Source: Phycisphaerae bacterium (GTDB lineage Bacteria; Planctomycetota; Phycisphaerae; UBA1845). From it: a stretch of 64,000 nt of DNA. Positions 10,547 through 21,267 of this stretch are shown in pieces. The DNA is taken from NCBI GenBank assembly GCA_963666835.2, contig CAXXGO010000006.1:704001-768000 (forward strand), given 5' to 3'. How positions within the stretch are numbered: the stretch's first letter is position 1; every line of letters begins with the position of its first letter. A program made the position numbers and the translations under genes. A model generated the notes under the pieces. The model had not been told where the DNA came from. It saw nothing but the letters and a program-made list of their open reading frames with translations, and made no database searches.

Positions 10547-11527
10547 TCAGTCGACGGCCACTACGGACCTATACACTTCTCCGCAAGGTTTGAAGTACTC
10601 TGCTCCAACCGCTTGCCAGTCTACGCAATCCCGGCAGACCGGAGGTAGCCGATTCCATTCGTGGTTGCGATGGTCCTGGCGGAGCTGCCGCATAGTCGAG
10701 GTCCAGATCTGCTCGATGGACTGCTCGTTGACGTTTCCACCGACGAAACGCCCCTCGCTGTCAACGGCGCAGGCTACGACGTCGCCGTTCCACTGGATAG
10801 TGCAGGTGTTATTGACCCATGGGCAGGCGATACGCTGATTGTAATCGGTGGCCAGGTTGACGGCCTCGACGTGCCCCGTCCAGGTGAGTTTCTCGCGGAT
10901 CTTCACGTCTGCTCCGAGACTGAGCCAATACTCGGCGAAGGCCGCGGCCTCGTGCTCGTTATCGTCCATTTTAGAGAATTGGCAGATAATCAGCGGCGTC
11001 TCGATTCCCAAAGAGTCCAGCTCGCGTTTCCGTTCCAGCAACTCGCGTACTCCGGCATAGACCGGCTCGAACTTCCCGTGGGGATCGCGGGTGAAGCGAA
11101 TGCGCTCGAACGTCTCTTTGGTGAACCCGTCCAAGCTGAGCAGGAATCGGCGCAAGCCGCACGTCAGAATCTCGTCGATGAACTCGCCGCGGCAGAACGA
11201 TCCGTTGGAATTCAACACGATGTTGGTCAGACCGAGTTCGCGGGCTTGGCGGATCTTAGAATAGAGCCGATCGCGCAGTACGAGCGCCTCGCCGTAGAAG
11301 GTCGGCCAGAATTCGGCATCCGGAGCCTTCTCGGCCACCTCTTCGACGATCTTCGTCCAAAGCTCGTCGCTCATGGTTCCTTTCTTCCGCTGCAGCGCGG
11401 CGTGGTGGCAGTGGCTGCACTGGAAGTTGCACAGCGCCGTCGTCTCGGCCACGATCTGCGGAGGAAAGTCGTGCTCCCTGAGGTTCGCTTCTATTCCCAA
11501 CAACGCCCGTAGTTTCTCTTTGTTCAT
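10547..11527 (-). CDS. Radical SAM protein with SPASM/twitch domain
   Basis: CNFQCSHC motif, YGEAL, C-terminal CPW...GDVVAC...CRDC. Confidence 0.9.
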   Translation of the reverse strand: MNKEKLRALLGIEANLREHDFPPQIVAETTALCNFQCSHCHHAALQRKKGTMSDELWTKIVEEVAEKAPDAEFWPTFYGEALVLRDRLYSKIRQARELGLTNIVLNSNGSFCRGEFIDEILTCGLRRFLLSLDGFTKETFERIRFTRDPHGKFEPVYAGVRELLERKRELDSLGIETPLIICQFSKMDDNEHEAAAFAEYWLSLGADVKIREKLTWTGHVEAVNLATDYNQRIACPWVNNTCTIQWNGDVVACAVDSEGRFVGGNVNEQSIEQIWTSTMRQLRQDHRNHEWNRLPPVCRDCVDWQAVGAEYFKPCGEVYRSVVAVD

Positions 11528-11551
11528 CCGTTTCAGCCCTCAGGTCTTGGA

Positions 11552-12739
11552 TCAGTTAGTTGTCACCGCTGCGCAAACCGGCTGCTCCGCGGCAATCTGC
11601 GCGTTACCGACGGTCTCGACCACGGCCGCGATTACCCGTTCGACCTCGTCGTCGGTCATTTGGGGGAATAGCGGCAGGCTCAGGGTCCGGTCGCCAATGG
11701 ATTCGGCGTGGGGCAGGTCGCCGCGCCGGAACCCGAAGGACGTTCTGAAATAGCGGAGCAGGTGAATCGCCCGGTAGTTGACGACCACGCTGATTCCGCG
11801 CCGCTCCAATTCGGCGATGATCTTGTCACGCCTGTTCGCATCGACCCAAATCGGGAACAGATGCCGTGCCGACCAGGACGCCTTTTGCACCAAGGGCATA
11901 TCGAGCCCGGCAAGGCCTGCGAAGGCATCCTCGTAACGTGCACAGATTTCCCGGCGCCGCGCACATTGCTCGTCCAACTTGCGGATTTGCGGGACCAGCA
12001 ACGCCCCACGGATGTTGTCCAGATTGTATTTCCACCCCGGCTCGTCCATGTCCCAATGCCGATAAGGCTTGTGATAACGATCTGCGGCGGACGAGGTCAT
12101 TCCGTGCAGCGCCAGTCTTCGAACCCGTTTCGCCAGCGCTCGGTCATTAGTGGCCAACGCCCCACCCTCGCCGCAGGTCATGGCCTTGGTGGCATAGAAC
12201 GAGAAGCAGGCTGCGCGGCTGTGGCTGCCCGGCCGGACCACGCCGCGGCGGGCTTCGACGCAGTGGGCGCTGTCCTCGATCAGCGAGAGGTCTCGCGCCC
12301 GGGCGAAGCGGCTCAGCGACTCCATATCGCAAAGCAGACCGTACAGATGGACCGGGATGATAGCACGAGTGAGCGGGGTTACCCGCGATGCTACGGTTTC
12401 GGCGGTCAGACAGCCGGTTTGCGGATCGACATCCGCGAAGACGGGGACCGCCCCGGCCATGAGTACGGCATTGGCCGTAGCCACGAATGTCATCGCCGGG
12501 ACGATGACTTCGTCACCGGGGCCGATGTCCTCGGCCAGCAGGGCCAGGTGGAGCGCGGCCGTGCCGGAATCCAGGCAGACCACTTCGGCCACGTCAAGAT
12601 AGTCGGCCAGAGCCTGCTCGGCGCGGGTTACCGCGGCTCCGGTTGTGAGGATCGGGTCGTTAAGAGCGGCCAGCACCGCGGCCTTCTCTTCGTCTCCGAG
12701 AGCGTGCCGGAAGAACTCGACGCGTTTATCAGAAGACAT
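11552..12739 (-). CDS. DegT/DnrJ/EryC1/StrS family sugar aminotransferase
   Basis: SGTAALHLAL, PVHLYG, IEDSAH, SFYATKAMTCGEGG, LSLPLFP. Confidence 0.93.
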   Translation of the reverse strand: MSSDKRVEFFRHALGDEEKAAVLAALNDPILTTGAAVTRAEQALADYLDVAEVVCLDSGTAALHLALLAEDIGPGDEVIVPAMTFVATANAVLMAGAVPVFADVDPQTGCLTAETVASRVTPLTRAIIPVHLYGLLCDMESLSRFARARDLSLIEDSAHCVEARRGVVRPGSHSRAACFSFYATKAMTCGEGGALATNDRALAKRVRRLALHGMTSSAADRYHKPYRHWDMDEPGWKYNLDNIRGALLVPQIRKLDEQCARRREICARYEDAFAGLAGLDMPLVQKASWSARHLFPIWVDANRRDKIIAELERRGISVVVNYRAIHLLRYFRTSFGFRRGDLPHAESIGDRTLSLPLFPQMTDDEVERVIAAVVETVGNAQIAAEQPVCAAVTTN

Positions 12740-13790
12740 CGCCGGCCTCCGCGGCGCGCTGCCGGGGCGCCGACCGGGTAAGGCTACCCAACCACCGGAA
12801 CCCGGATCGCAGCAGTGCTACCGTCGCTCCGGCACAGATGAACCAGCTCAGGAAGGTGTGCATGGCCAGGGCTACTACGGCGAATGCGATTCCGCGTTCC
12901 TGCAGGCACAGCCGCAGGAACCGGTGGTTCAATCCGACCGCCGCCAGGCCGCAGAGCAGGGCCAAAGTCCAAACCGGCGGGTGCCACAGGGCGAGAACTG
13001 CAGTCAGACAAGTTAGCGTTGACAGAATGGCCACCGCGGCCTCGCGGCTGGTGCTCCCTACGCTGTCCGCGCCGGGCGATTCCGAGCGTAGATCCCACCA
13101 CATGATGACCCGGCGGAAGTATAGCTTAGCCTGATTCAGCAGGGTGTCATACCTATGACGCACGCGGATGTTGGTACTGAAGGGGATCATGCCGTGCGCC
13201 CGGCGGAAGCGATAACCGAACTCGTAATCCTCGACATCGGCCGACGGGAGGTCTTCGTTGAAGCCGCCCACAGCGAGCATTGCCGAGCGTTTTATCGTAA
13301 AGGCCCGAGCACCGATGTGTCCGACGTACGTGATTCCGCTTTCGCGGTCCATCACCCAACTGGCATCGAGCAGGGCCTTGTATTCCGGAAAGAGCCCCGA
13401 GTTGATCGGGTGGCGGTCGCAAGATCCGCCGCATACGAGGAAGTCGGGATGCTCCTGGTAAATCTGCAGAATCGCGTCTATGACTCCCGGCACCACCGCG
13501 GTGTCGGAATCCACGAAGAAGAGCAACTCGCACCGGGCCTGGCGGGCACCGCGATTGCGCGCCGCGGCCGGGCCCCGGTTGTGCTCCTGACGAACGAAAC
13601 ACACTTGCGGGTAGCGGCTTTTGAGCCGGTCGTAGATACCGGGATCCGGCGAGCAATCATCGACCACGATCACTTCGATCCGATGGAGGTCGCCCTCCAG
13701 GGACTTAAGGAGGGTGGCGATGTCGTCAGGCCGGTTGTACGCCGGGACTACGACGCTCAGTACCGGATTGCGCGGAGTCTCTTCCATCAT
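12729..13790 (-). CDS. Glycosyltransferase family 2 with C-terminal TM helices
   Basis: SVVVPAYN, VVDDCS, GPAAARNRG, FVDSD, EDYEF; start placed at MMEETP. Confidence 0.9.
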   Translation of the reverse strand: MMEETPRNPVLSVVVPAYNRPDDIATLLKSLEGDLHRIEVIVVDDCSPDPGIYDRLKSRYPQVCFVRQEHNRGPAAARNRGARQARCELLFFVDSDTAVVPGVIDAILQIYQEHPDFLVCGGSCDRHPINSGLFPEYKALLDASWVMDRESGITYVGHIGARAFTIKRSAMLAVGGFNEDLPSADVEDYEFGYRFRRAHGMIPFSTNIRVRHRYDTLLNQAKLYFRRVIMWWDLRSESPGADSVGSTSREAAVAILSTLTCLTAVLALWHPPVWTLALLCGLAAVGLNHRFLRLCLQERGIAFAVVALAMHTFLSWFICAGATVALLRSGFRWLGSLTRSAPRQRAAEAGDVF

Positions 13791-14892
13791 GGTCCTTTGT
13801 TTGATGGAGCAAACCGGCCAGCACCCGCGGGTATTGCAGCGGATTGAAGGCCAGCGACGCATATATGGCACACTCGAAAGTACACCGGCATTTGCTCTTG
13901 CGGATATAATCGCGGATATTCCGCGCGTTCTTGTCGCCGAGCAGCTTAACGATGTCGAGATCATAATCGCGGACGTTTCCGAGCAGGGACTCCCGGCGGT
14001 CCGCGAGGATCTCGCACGGTACGACGTCGCCGTTGGAGTAAACCTCCACCAGCTTGCGCCCGGCCACGCAGGGGATGACGTATTCATCGTGCTTGGCCAC
14101 CCGGGTTACCACGGAGCGCATCGCGTTGGCCAAGGCTCTTAGCGGCAAACTGAGATATTGCCCGGAACGGTTCTCCTCGCGGTGCAGGAGATCCGTCATG
14201 GTTTCGTAGGCCTCAAGGGGCACATCCTTGGCATCCGGCTCCTTGGTCGAGCCGCGGGCCAGCAGATAGGCGTGCGAATCGACGGCGAACCGGTCCTTGA
14301 CGAACTCGTATAGCTCGGTTGTGTGTTCCCAGTTGTATTTGCTGACCACGGAGGTTACGCCGACGCTGAGGTGATCGCGGCGACCCGCCCGGTCGCGCAG
14401 TTCAACGAGCCGGTCGATGCACCGGCAGGCCTTATCGAAACACCCGGCCACCCCGCGAACGCGCTCGTGGGTTTTCCTCAGACCGTCCAGGCTGGTGGTG
14501 ACCATCAGGTCCAGATCCGGGCAGCGATCGAGGATTTCTTCCACCTGCTCGACCGCCCGATCGGGAAGGGTGCCGTTGGTGATCAGCGTACACTTGGCCA
14601 CGTGGGAGTTGCGGTAGAAAGCCTCGGCGATCTTGGGAAGGTCGCGATTAAGCGTAGGCTCGCCGCCCGTCAGAGTGAGCTGCACGAGATTACGGAACGA
14701 CCGCGACAGCGTCGTGAACTCTTCGAGAGTCAGGTCGTTGGTGCGCTGCTGCATTCGTCCCCACGTCAAGCACATGTCACAACGAAGGTTGCACATGTTG
14801 TTGACGTACAGGATCAGATACGCCGGTTCTCGCGGGCGGGCAAGTGCCCGACCCATGGCGGAGACGACCCGGAGTTTCTTCGCGACGCTCAT
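13726..14892 (-). CDS. Radical SAM/SPASM protein
   Basis: CNLRCDMC, TGGEP, CVAG...GDVVPCE...CRCTFEC. Confidence 0.9.
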   Translation of the reverse strand: MSVAKKLRVVSAMGRALARPREPAYLILYVNNMCNLRCDMCLTWGRMQQRTNDLTLEEFTTLSRSFRNLVQLTLTGGEPTLNRDLPKIAEAFYRNSHVAKCTLITNGTLPDRAVEQVEEILDRCPDLDLMVTTSLDGLRKTHERVRGVAGCFDKACRCIDRLVELRDRAGRRDHLSVGVTSVVSKYNWEHTTELYEFVKDRFAVDSHAYLLARGSTKEPDAKDVPLEAYETMTDLLHREENRSGQYLSLPLRALANAMRSVVTRVAKHDEYVIPCVAGRKLVEVYSNGDVVPCEILADRRESLLGNVRDYDLDIVKLLGDKNARNIRDYIRKSKCRCTFECAIYASLAFNPLQYPRVLAGLLHQTKDHDGRDSAQSGTERRSPGVQPA

Positions 14893-15046
14893 GCAGTCCT
14901 CCCGGCAACGACCGTGTTGGCCGCCGGTACGAGGTATTTCCCCGGGAGGTCATCGGCCCGGCGGTTACCATGTAGGATATCGGTCTATCCCCGATGCCGG
15001 ATAAGCAAACGGCGCTTTTCTCGGACCGACAGGCCTGGGCAGCCAC

Positions 15047-15368
15047 GTAACGCAGGCTTTTAGCCTGCTAGAGCGTGGGTGCCCCGTCCTTCGCCCTGGG
15101 CGATATCGCAGTAGGCTGAGAGGTCTCGTGTATAGGCGTAGTTGCGGCATGCCGGGTGCCATGGTCCACGCTTGCGTGGCCATGAAGGTCGGCAGCCCCG
15201 TAGGGCACGGTCGAGGCACGAGACCTGCCGCAAAGGCGCGCGGCGCGCGAAAACTGATTGCGGAACAGGATCACCTCTCGGATCTTCATCCGTCCCCCCA
15301 CCCATTCCGGCGGGGAATCGGCGAGGCTGTTCCAGGTCGGCCCGCGCCGGAATGAAAGGGCACCCGCC
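15047..15368. repeat. Mosaic intergenic repeat cluster
   Basis: Family-2 REP at ~15047, GGGTGCCCCGTCCTTCGCCC unit at ~15077, GTAG-REP at 15200-15229, family D copy at ~15285-15368. Confidence 0.75.
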
Positions 15369-15415
15369 GCCACATTGATTTACCGGTTGCACTTCGCTTT
15401 GATGGACAATTCGGG

Positions 15416-16924
15416 CTAGCCAGTCATGGCTGGGGCGGTTTCGGGGGCGGTATCACCTACCGAGAGTGGGGCGGGTCTCCAGCGCTTATTCCGCCGCCGA
15501 CGGAGTTTTCGCAGCAGTGGGTTGATCCCGAACAGGCGAATGTGCGACAGGTATTGCCCGAAGGAGACTCCGCCGAACTTGTAGACGTAGAAGGCGAAGT
15601 GCGTCATGAAGAGGACGTTGAACAGCAGGGGCAGCCGGAACTTCGTTAACCACACCAGCAACGGCGTCAACCGAGGGAAGATCATACACAGGTAGTACAC
15701 TCTCTTGAGGTTGGCAAGGCGCTGGCGGTCCGGCAGATCCAGGTGCATATCGTGATGGAACGTGGAATCGAATTCGCGGTCGGCCGGAAGGTACTTCTGG
15801 ACCTCCGGCAGCTCCGTCATGGGGATGCCGGGATACGGCTGGAAGAACGTAGTCCACAGATACGTCGGTTTAAGCGCCCGGTAGAAAGGAAGGCGGTCGA
15901 CGTGATCCTGTACGGTATCTCCCGGGAGCCCGAAGAAGGCCCCGGATACGTACTCGATCTTGTATTTCCTGAGCAAGCGTCCGACTCGCAAGTACTCTTC
16001 GTCCCGGACGTGCTTGTTCATCATGTCGCGACGTTGTGCGTAGCTGCCGGTCTCGGCGGAAACCCCCATACTCTTCGCCCCGGCCTCGGCCATCAAACGG
16101 ATATCATCCTCCGTAGTAATCCCGCCGAAGCGGAAATTGGCCTTGAACGGCAGACCGATTCGGTCGCGGTAAAGGGTCAGAAACTCGCGTAGCCACCTGT
16201 TATCCAGCCAGAGCACTTCGTCGGTGAAATAGACTTCCTTGATCTTGACCGGTCGCCGGCGAATCCTCAATTCGATCTCTTGAATGACTGCCTCGGGTGG
16301 GCGTTTGCGAACGTAGCCGCGTCCGAAGTGCTTGGACAAAACCGCGTTCGCGCAGAACGCGCAGCAAAACGGGCAGCCGCGGCCCGCGGCAATCCGCAGG
16401 TGGCCGCTCTTAAGAAACCGGGGGTATTTGTCGTAAAGCTCCAGGTCGTGGAGCGGCAGCTTATTGATGTCGAGCAGCGCGCTCGGGTGAGGGTTTTTGA
16501 TAATTCCGTTCTCCGTCTTCACCCAGCAGCTTTCAAGATGCGTGAAGGGTTCTTTATTATCGAGGCGACGGGCTAGTTCCGTCATAGGAAGCTCGCCCTC
16601 GCCGTGGCAGACGATATCCACGCCGGGATTCTCGATGATGTCCGGATTCATGATTGCGTGGACGTTGCCGAAGATGGTGACGGCCCCGGTTGTTTCCTTC
16701 ACGCGCTGCGCCATTCGCAGGGCCCACGGAACTGTCGGAGTCAGGATCGAGAAACCGACGATGTCCGGTCGGAAGGCTGTAACTTCTTGCAGAAGCCGGT
16801 TTCCGTCGGTTTCGCATTCGATGAAGACCTCGACGGAGTGCCCGGCCTCTTTGAGGACGGCGGAGATGGACATCAGGCCCATGTACTCCATCATCACATC
16901 CTGACACAACGCTACCCGAGCCAT
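15416..16924 (-). CDS. Cobalamin-binding (class B) radical SAM protein
   Basis: N-terminal B12-binding fold (GLMSISAVLK, GNVHA, GEGE) plus GRGCPFCCAFC. Confidence 0.9.
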   Translation of the reverse strand: MARVALCQDVMMEYMGLMSISAVLKEAGHSVEVFIECETDGNRLLQEVTAFRPDIVGFSILTPTVPWALRMAQRVKETTGAVTIFGNVHAIMNPDIIENPGVDIVCHGEGELPMTELARRLDNKEPFTHLESCWVKTENGIIKNPHPSALLDINKLPLHDLELYDKYPRFLKSGHLRIAAGRGCPFCCAFCANAVLSKHFGRGYVRKRPPEAVIQEIELRIRRRPVKIKEVYFTDEVLWLDNRWLREFLTLYRDRIGLPFKANFRFGGITTEDDIRLMAEAGAKSMGVSAETGSYAQRRDMMNKHVRDEEYLRVGRLLRKYKIEYVSGAFFGLPGDTVQDHVDRLPFYRALKPTYLWTTFFQPYPGIPMTELPEVQKYLPADREFDSTFHHDMHLDLPDRQRLANLKRVYYLCMIFPRLTPLLVWLTKFRLPLLFNVLFMTHFAFYVYKFGGVSFGQYLSHIRLFGINPLLRKLRRRRNKRWRPAPLSVGDTAPETAPAMTG

Positions 16925-17269
16925 AGTTGATCCTCACGGCAGACCTATGACGGCGCGCACGCGACGGCGCGCGCGGTTTCTGCCATCTCTGTTTATCGGA
17001 TGTTGCCGGGGGGTACTGATGTTATCGGTCGCGCGGGCCGGGCGCGGGCGGACGGGATGGCTGCGTTGCACAATCCAGCAGGCAGGATGCCCGCGTTACG
17101 CGACCGTGCAGGCAGGATGCCTGCGTCACGCAAGATGCCTGTGTTACGGTCGTAAATTCGTTATTGCGAATGTCCGATATTCCCTCTGAGAGGTGTGTTA
17201 TCGGCCTTCGGGTCTGCTCTTTCCGGTTATGGCGAAGGGGGTGTGCCCGATCGTCCAAGAGGTCTACAA

Positions 17270-19237
17270 GTGTGTGGAATCTGCGGGTTCGTTGGGAAAA
17301 GCGACCGGTCGAAGTTGGCCGCGATGACTGCCGCTCTGCGCCATCGCGGCCCGGACGATGAGGCATTTTTCGTCAGCGATCAAGCCTGTCTGGGGGCACG
17401 GCGGCTGGCCATCGTAGATGTGGACCACGGCCGGCAGCCGATGACCAGCGAAGACGGCTCGATTGTCGTCGTCTTCAACGGCGAGATCTACAACGCCGAT
17501 GCTCTTCGGAGGCAACTCCAAGCGCGGGGGCATCGTTTCAGCACCCGGTGCGATACCGAAGTCATCCCCCACCTCTATGAGGAGTGCGGCGACGGCTTTG
17601 CGCAAGTACTGAACGGGCAGTTCGCCATCGCGGTTTGGGAGGTTCGAAACCGGCGGCTGTTGTTGACTCGCGATCGGATCGGCATCAAGCCCCTTTTCTT
17701 CGGTCAACGGCATGGGCGTTTCTTCTTCGGTAGTGAGCTCAAGAGTATTCTGGCCGGTTTGGGTGAACCTCCTCCGATCAGCCTGGAGGCGTTTTACCAT
17801 TATTTGTCGTTCAAGTGCGTTCCGGCTCCATTAACCATCTATGAGGGGTTGTCGGCCGTCCGGCCTGCCGAGCAAGTGGTCTTTCATGACGGCAGGGTGA
17901 CACGCCGTTCGTATTGGTCCTTTGACGGCGCGGTCACCGAGGCTATGGATGAACGGGAAGCGGTCGACCGGTTGGACGCCGCGCTGGCCCGCTCCGTAAA
18001 GCGGCGGATGATCGCCGATGTTCCCGTGGGCGCCATGCTCAGCGGCGGGTTGGATTCGAGCCTGATCGTATCCTACGCGGCCGAGTTGAGCGATCGCCCG
18101 CTCCAGACCTTCACTCTCGGTTTCACCGACGACTTCGCCAACAAGCGCGCGGAGATCGAGGCGGCCCGCAAGGTCGCCCGGCTGTTCGGCACGGAGCACC
18201 ACGAGCACTTCACCACGCACGAGGAGTTGCTCGCCGGGCTGCCGGGGGCGCTGCGGGCGTTTGACGAACCGTTCGCCGGCGTGATGAGTCCGTATTTCCT
18301 TAACCGTCTCGTTCGTCAGCACGTGAAGGTGTGCCTGTCGGGAGACGGAGCTGATGAGCTGTTCGGTTCGTACCTGGCGCACCGTCTGGCTCAGCCGGTT
18401 CGACAGGTACTGTCCCGTGGCGCAGATGCGGTTCGACGCGCGCCCCACCTGCTCGCCCCCTTTGAAAAAGAGGTCGAACGCGTAATCGCCGTCGCGCACC
18501 GCCAGGATTGGGCGTGGCGGGCATCGTTGCTGGTCTTCAGCGATCAGGAGAAACGCGAGTTGCTCAACCCGGACTATCCCGCCTTCGCGACGTTCAGCAC
18601 GGCGGCGATGGTGCGAAGCACTTTTGCGAGGTGCCGGACCAACGACGTCCAGAACCGCCAACAGGAATACGACTGTCGCACCCTGTTGCCGGATCTGGTT
18701 CTGAATTTCAACGATCGGTTGTCCATGGCGCATTCGATCGAAACTCGGGTGCCGTTCCTCGACCACGAGCTGACGGAATACGCCTTTGCCCTGCCCGGGC
18801 GGATGAAGATCCGCGACGGCTGTTGTAAGTGGTTGCTCAAACAGGTCGGGCGTCGGCGGTTGCCGGACGAAATCGTCGATCGCCCCAAAGAAGGCTTCGT
18901 AATGCCGATCAACGCCTGGCAGCGAAGCGCATTCCGTCAGGCTATCGAACAGACTCTTACCCCGAAACGTCTCGCTCGGCACGGCTTCTTCCGCCCGCAG
19001 CGCGTGCAGAACCTGGTCCGTGAGTACTACGCCGGAGAGACGGACCTGCAGTACAAGGTGTGGGCTCTCTACTGTTTTCAAACCTGGTACGAGGGCGCTG
19101 TTGACGGTTACGGTGCCGACGAGTCGGCAGTGGTCCGGCATGACGCGTTAGATATGACACCTGTGCGACATAACCCGGCTTCAGATGTTCGTGTGGAAAC
19201 GCGACTGGAGCAGGCTAACGCGGCGGTCACGCCATAA
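17270..19237 (+). CDS. asnB: Asparagine synthase-like glutamine amidotransferase
   Basis: GTG start then CGICG, HRGPD, RLAIVD, NGEIYN, LSGGLDSS, SGDGADELFG, ETRVPFLD. Confidence 0.92.
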   Translation: MCGICGFVGKSDRSKLAAMTAALRHRGPDDEAFFVSDQACLGARRLAIVDVDHGRQPMTSEDGSIVVVFNGEIYNADALRRQLQARGHRFSTRCDTEVIPHLYEECGDGFAQVLNGQFAIAVWEVRNRRLLLTRDRIGIKPLFFGQRHGRFFFGSELKSILAGLGEPPPISLEAFYHYLSFKCVPAPLTIYEGLSAVRPAEQVVFHDGRVTRRSYWSFDGAVTEAMDEREAVDRLDAALARSVKRRMIADVPVGAMLSGGLDSSLIVSYAAELSDRPLQTFTLGFTDDFANKRAEIEAARKVARLFGTEHHEHFTTHEELLAGLPGALRAFDEPFAGVMSPYFLNRLVRQHVKVCLSGDGADELFGSYLAHRLAQPVRQVLSRGADAVRRAPHLLAPFEKEVERVIAVAHRQDWAWRASLLVFSDQEKRELLNPDYPAFATFSTAAMVRSTFARCRTNDVQNRQQEYDCRTLLPDLVLNFNDRLSMAHSIETRVPFLDHELTEYAFALPGRMKIRDGCCKWLLKQVGRRRLPDEIVDRPKEGFVMPINAWQRSAFRQAIEQTLTPKRLARHGFFRPQRVQNLVREYYAGETDLQYKVWALYCFQTWYEGAVDGYGADESAVVRHDALDMTPVRHNPASDVRVETRLEQANAAVTP

Positions 19238-19259
19238 CGGTGACCAGGAGCCGACATCT

Positions 19260-20339
19260 ATGAAGGAATGGTTGCTCAACTACCTCCGTTGCCCTAAGAC
19301 CGGCGCCCCGCTTCGCCTGGAGCAGGCGATCTGGCAGGGAGACGACATCGAGAGCGGCATGCTGGTGACGCCGGCAGGTGGCCAGGCGTACCCGATCATC
19401 CGCGGTATTCCGCGTCTGGTGGAAGGCATCCGCAGCGAAGCGGACCTGCAGCAGACTTATGTAGAGAGCTTCGGGAACCAGTGGAACGGTTTCGATTCCT
19501 GGCGCGATGTGGACGAGCGGGAGTTCTTCTCCGTAAGTGACCGCACCCCGGAAACGCTGGCCGGCAAGGTCGTGCTCGATGCCGGGTGCGGCGTCGGGCG
19601 CTTCTCGCGCGTAATGGGGCAGCACTGTCGGCGGTTAGTCGGTTTCGACCTGTCGGTCGGAGTAGACCGGGCCCGCCGGCACACGCGGCACCTGGGCAAC
19701 TGCGAGTTCGTGCAGGCCGACGCTCACGCCCCCCCGTTTGCCCCCCAACGCTTCGATTACGTGTGGAGCCATGGCGTGCTCCATCATAGCCGAGACACCA
19801 AGGTGGCATTTGAGAAGCTGGCGCCGCTCGTCACTGAGGGCGGAACCTTCCAACTGATCGTGTTTTTCAAGGCCTGGCTACCGCTGCGAATCACTGACTC
19901 GCTGGCTCGGGCTCTGGTTCGTAACTTGCCGGAACGGTTGGCCTTACGGGTATGCCGGGCGATGGGTGGCTTGCGACACCTGCCCTTCCCGTCGTGGTGG
20001 AAGCGATTCTTCTGGTTCAGTCTCTATCCCACCGCTGAGCTGCGTACCTTCTGCAACCACGACTGGTACATGCCCCGGTACCATCACGAGCACACGGTCC
20101 CCGAAGTGAAGGGCTGGTTCGAAGAGCAGGGCTTCGTCGGTCTGCGGTACATCAACGGCTGGCCTTACGCACCCCTGTCCGAGAAGTACACCGAGCCCGA
20201 CTTCGGGAGGGGAGCGCGACTGGGGCAACTCCTCGGGGTGGTCGGGCAAAGGCCCGGAGTCGTGCGACAAGCTGGAGCCGCTCGATCGCCGGGGGAAACG
20301 GCTTGCCGGACTTATGCTGCGGCAATGGACGGTTGTTGA
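19260..20339 (+). CDS. Trm112-like domain fused to class I SAM-dependent methyltransferase
   Basis: YLRCPKTG...YPIIRGIPRL; VLDAGCGVGR; GVLHH. Confidence 0.85.
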   Translation: MKEWLLNYLRCPKTGAPLRLEQAIWQGDDIESGMLVTPAGGQAYPIIRGIPRLVEGIRSEADLQQTYVESFGNQWNGFDSWRDVDEREFFSVSDRTPETLAGKVVLDAGCGVGRFSRVMGQHCRRLVGFDLSVGVDRARRHTRHLGNCEFVQADAHAPPFAPQRFDYVWSHGVLHHSRDTKVAFEKLAPLVTEGGTFQLIVFFKAWLPLRITDSLARALVRNLPERLALRVCRAMGGLRHLPFPSWWKRFFWFSLYPTAELRTFCNHDWYMPRYHHEHTVPEVKGWFEEQGFVGLRYINGWPYAPLSEKYTEPDFGRGARLGQLLGVVGQRPGVVRQAGAARSPGETACRTYAAAMDGC

Positions 20340-20376
20340 GGCCGAAGCGCAGATTACCGAAAGAACCGGTAGAACG

Positions 20377-21267
20377 ATGCGCGTCTTATTGACAGCAATG
20401 ACTGGGATGGGGAACGCAGCGCTCAGCGCCCTGCGTACCGCCGGGATCGAGGTTGTCGCCGTCATTGCCGATCCGCTTCCCGGACCCGGGTTTCCTCACT
20501 ATCCGTGCAAGGAACTGTTCGATCAGTGTCTCGCGTGGCGAATTCCGGTTTGGCCGGGAATGAGCCTTCGAAGCACCGCAAACGCCAGGCGGATCAGGAA
20601 TGTCGGCGTGGACGCATTCATCATAGCCACCAGCCACAAAATCGTATCTCAGGACCTGGTGGATGCTATGGAAGGTCGGGTTATCAATTGTCATCCGTCG
20701 CTGCTATCGCGGCACCGCGGACCGACGCCTGTGGCTTGGACCATCGAGTGCGGCGACCGCGAGACCGGTTTGACGTTCATCCAGCCCACGGCCGAAATCG
20801 ACGCCGGCCCGGTCTGGTATCAGTGCCGTACTCCGGTCGGAAGCACCGAGACGGCCGGTAGCCTACGGCAGCGGCTCGACTGGTCGATTCTGCCCAGCGT
20901 TCTGCCGGAGGTGGTGGAAGGGGTGGTTACCGGGCGTTTGCAGCCCATGCCGCAGCAAGGTGCTCCCACGTACGAACCCCGGTTCCGCGAAGCTGACATT
21001 GAATGGGGCAATGAGACTGCGGAGAGTTGCCTGAGGCGGTTCCGGGCTCGGACGCCGCACCCCGGAGTGTTCATCCGTTACTCCGGGCGGCGTTATCGCG
21101 TCGAAGCGTTATCTGTGACCGCCGATCGTAACGGAAGCTGCCCCGGAGCAATCGAGCAACTCGGACCGGGGCGATTTGCGACTCATGTTACCGACGCGCT
21201 CCTCACCGCTGAGGTCGCCGGTTGCACGGAAGGGCAGACGCTTACCTGCCCAGGACAGAGGAAATGA
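20377..21267 (+). CDS. Formyltransferase (Fmt/ArnA-N-like, probably sugar N-formyltransferase)
   Basis: INCHPSLLSRHRGPTP, ETGLT, IDAGPV. Confidence 0.85.
   Translation: MRVLLTAMTGMGNAALSALRTAGIEVVAVIADPLPGPGFPHYPCKELFDQCLAWRIPVWPGMSLRSTANARRIRNVGVDAFIIATSHKIVSQDLVDAMEGRVINCHPSLLSRHRGPTPVAWTIECGDRETGLTFIQPTAEIDAGPVWYQCRTPVGSTETAGSLRQRLDWSILPSVLPEVVEGVVTGRLQPMPQQGAPTYEPRFREADIEWGNETAESCLRRFRARTPHPGVFIRYSGRRYRVEALSVTADRNGSCPGAIEQLGPGRFATHVTDALLTAEVAGCTEGQTLTCPGQRK

Noticed and set aside
17831..19141. Long antisense ORF (436 aa) opposite asnB; similarly 43546-44931, 39273-40421, 59747-60940, 60988-62178, 2333-3298
   Set aside because: Shadow ORFs typical of high-GC coding DNA, with no recognisable motifs and overlapping well-supported genes.
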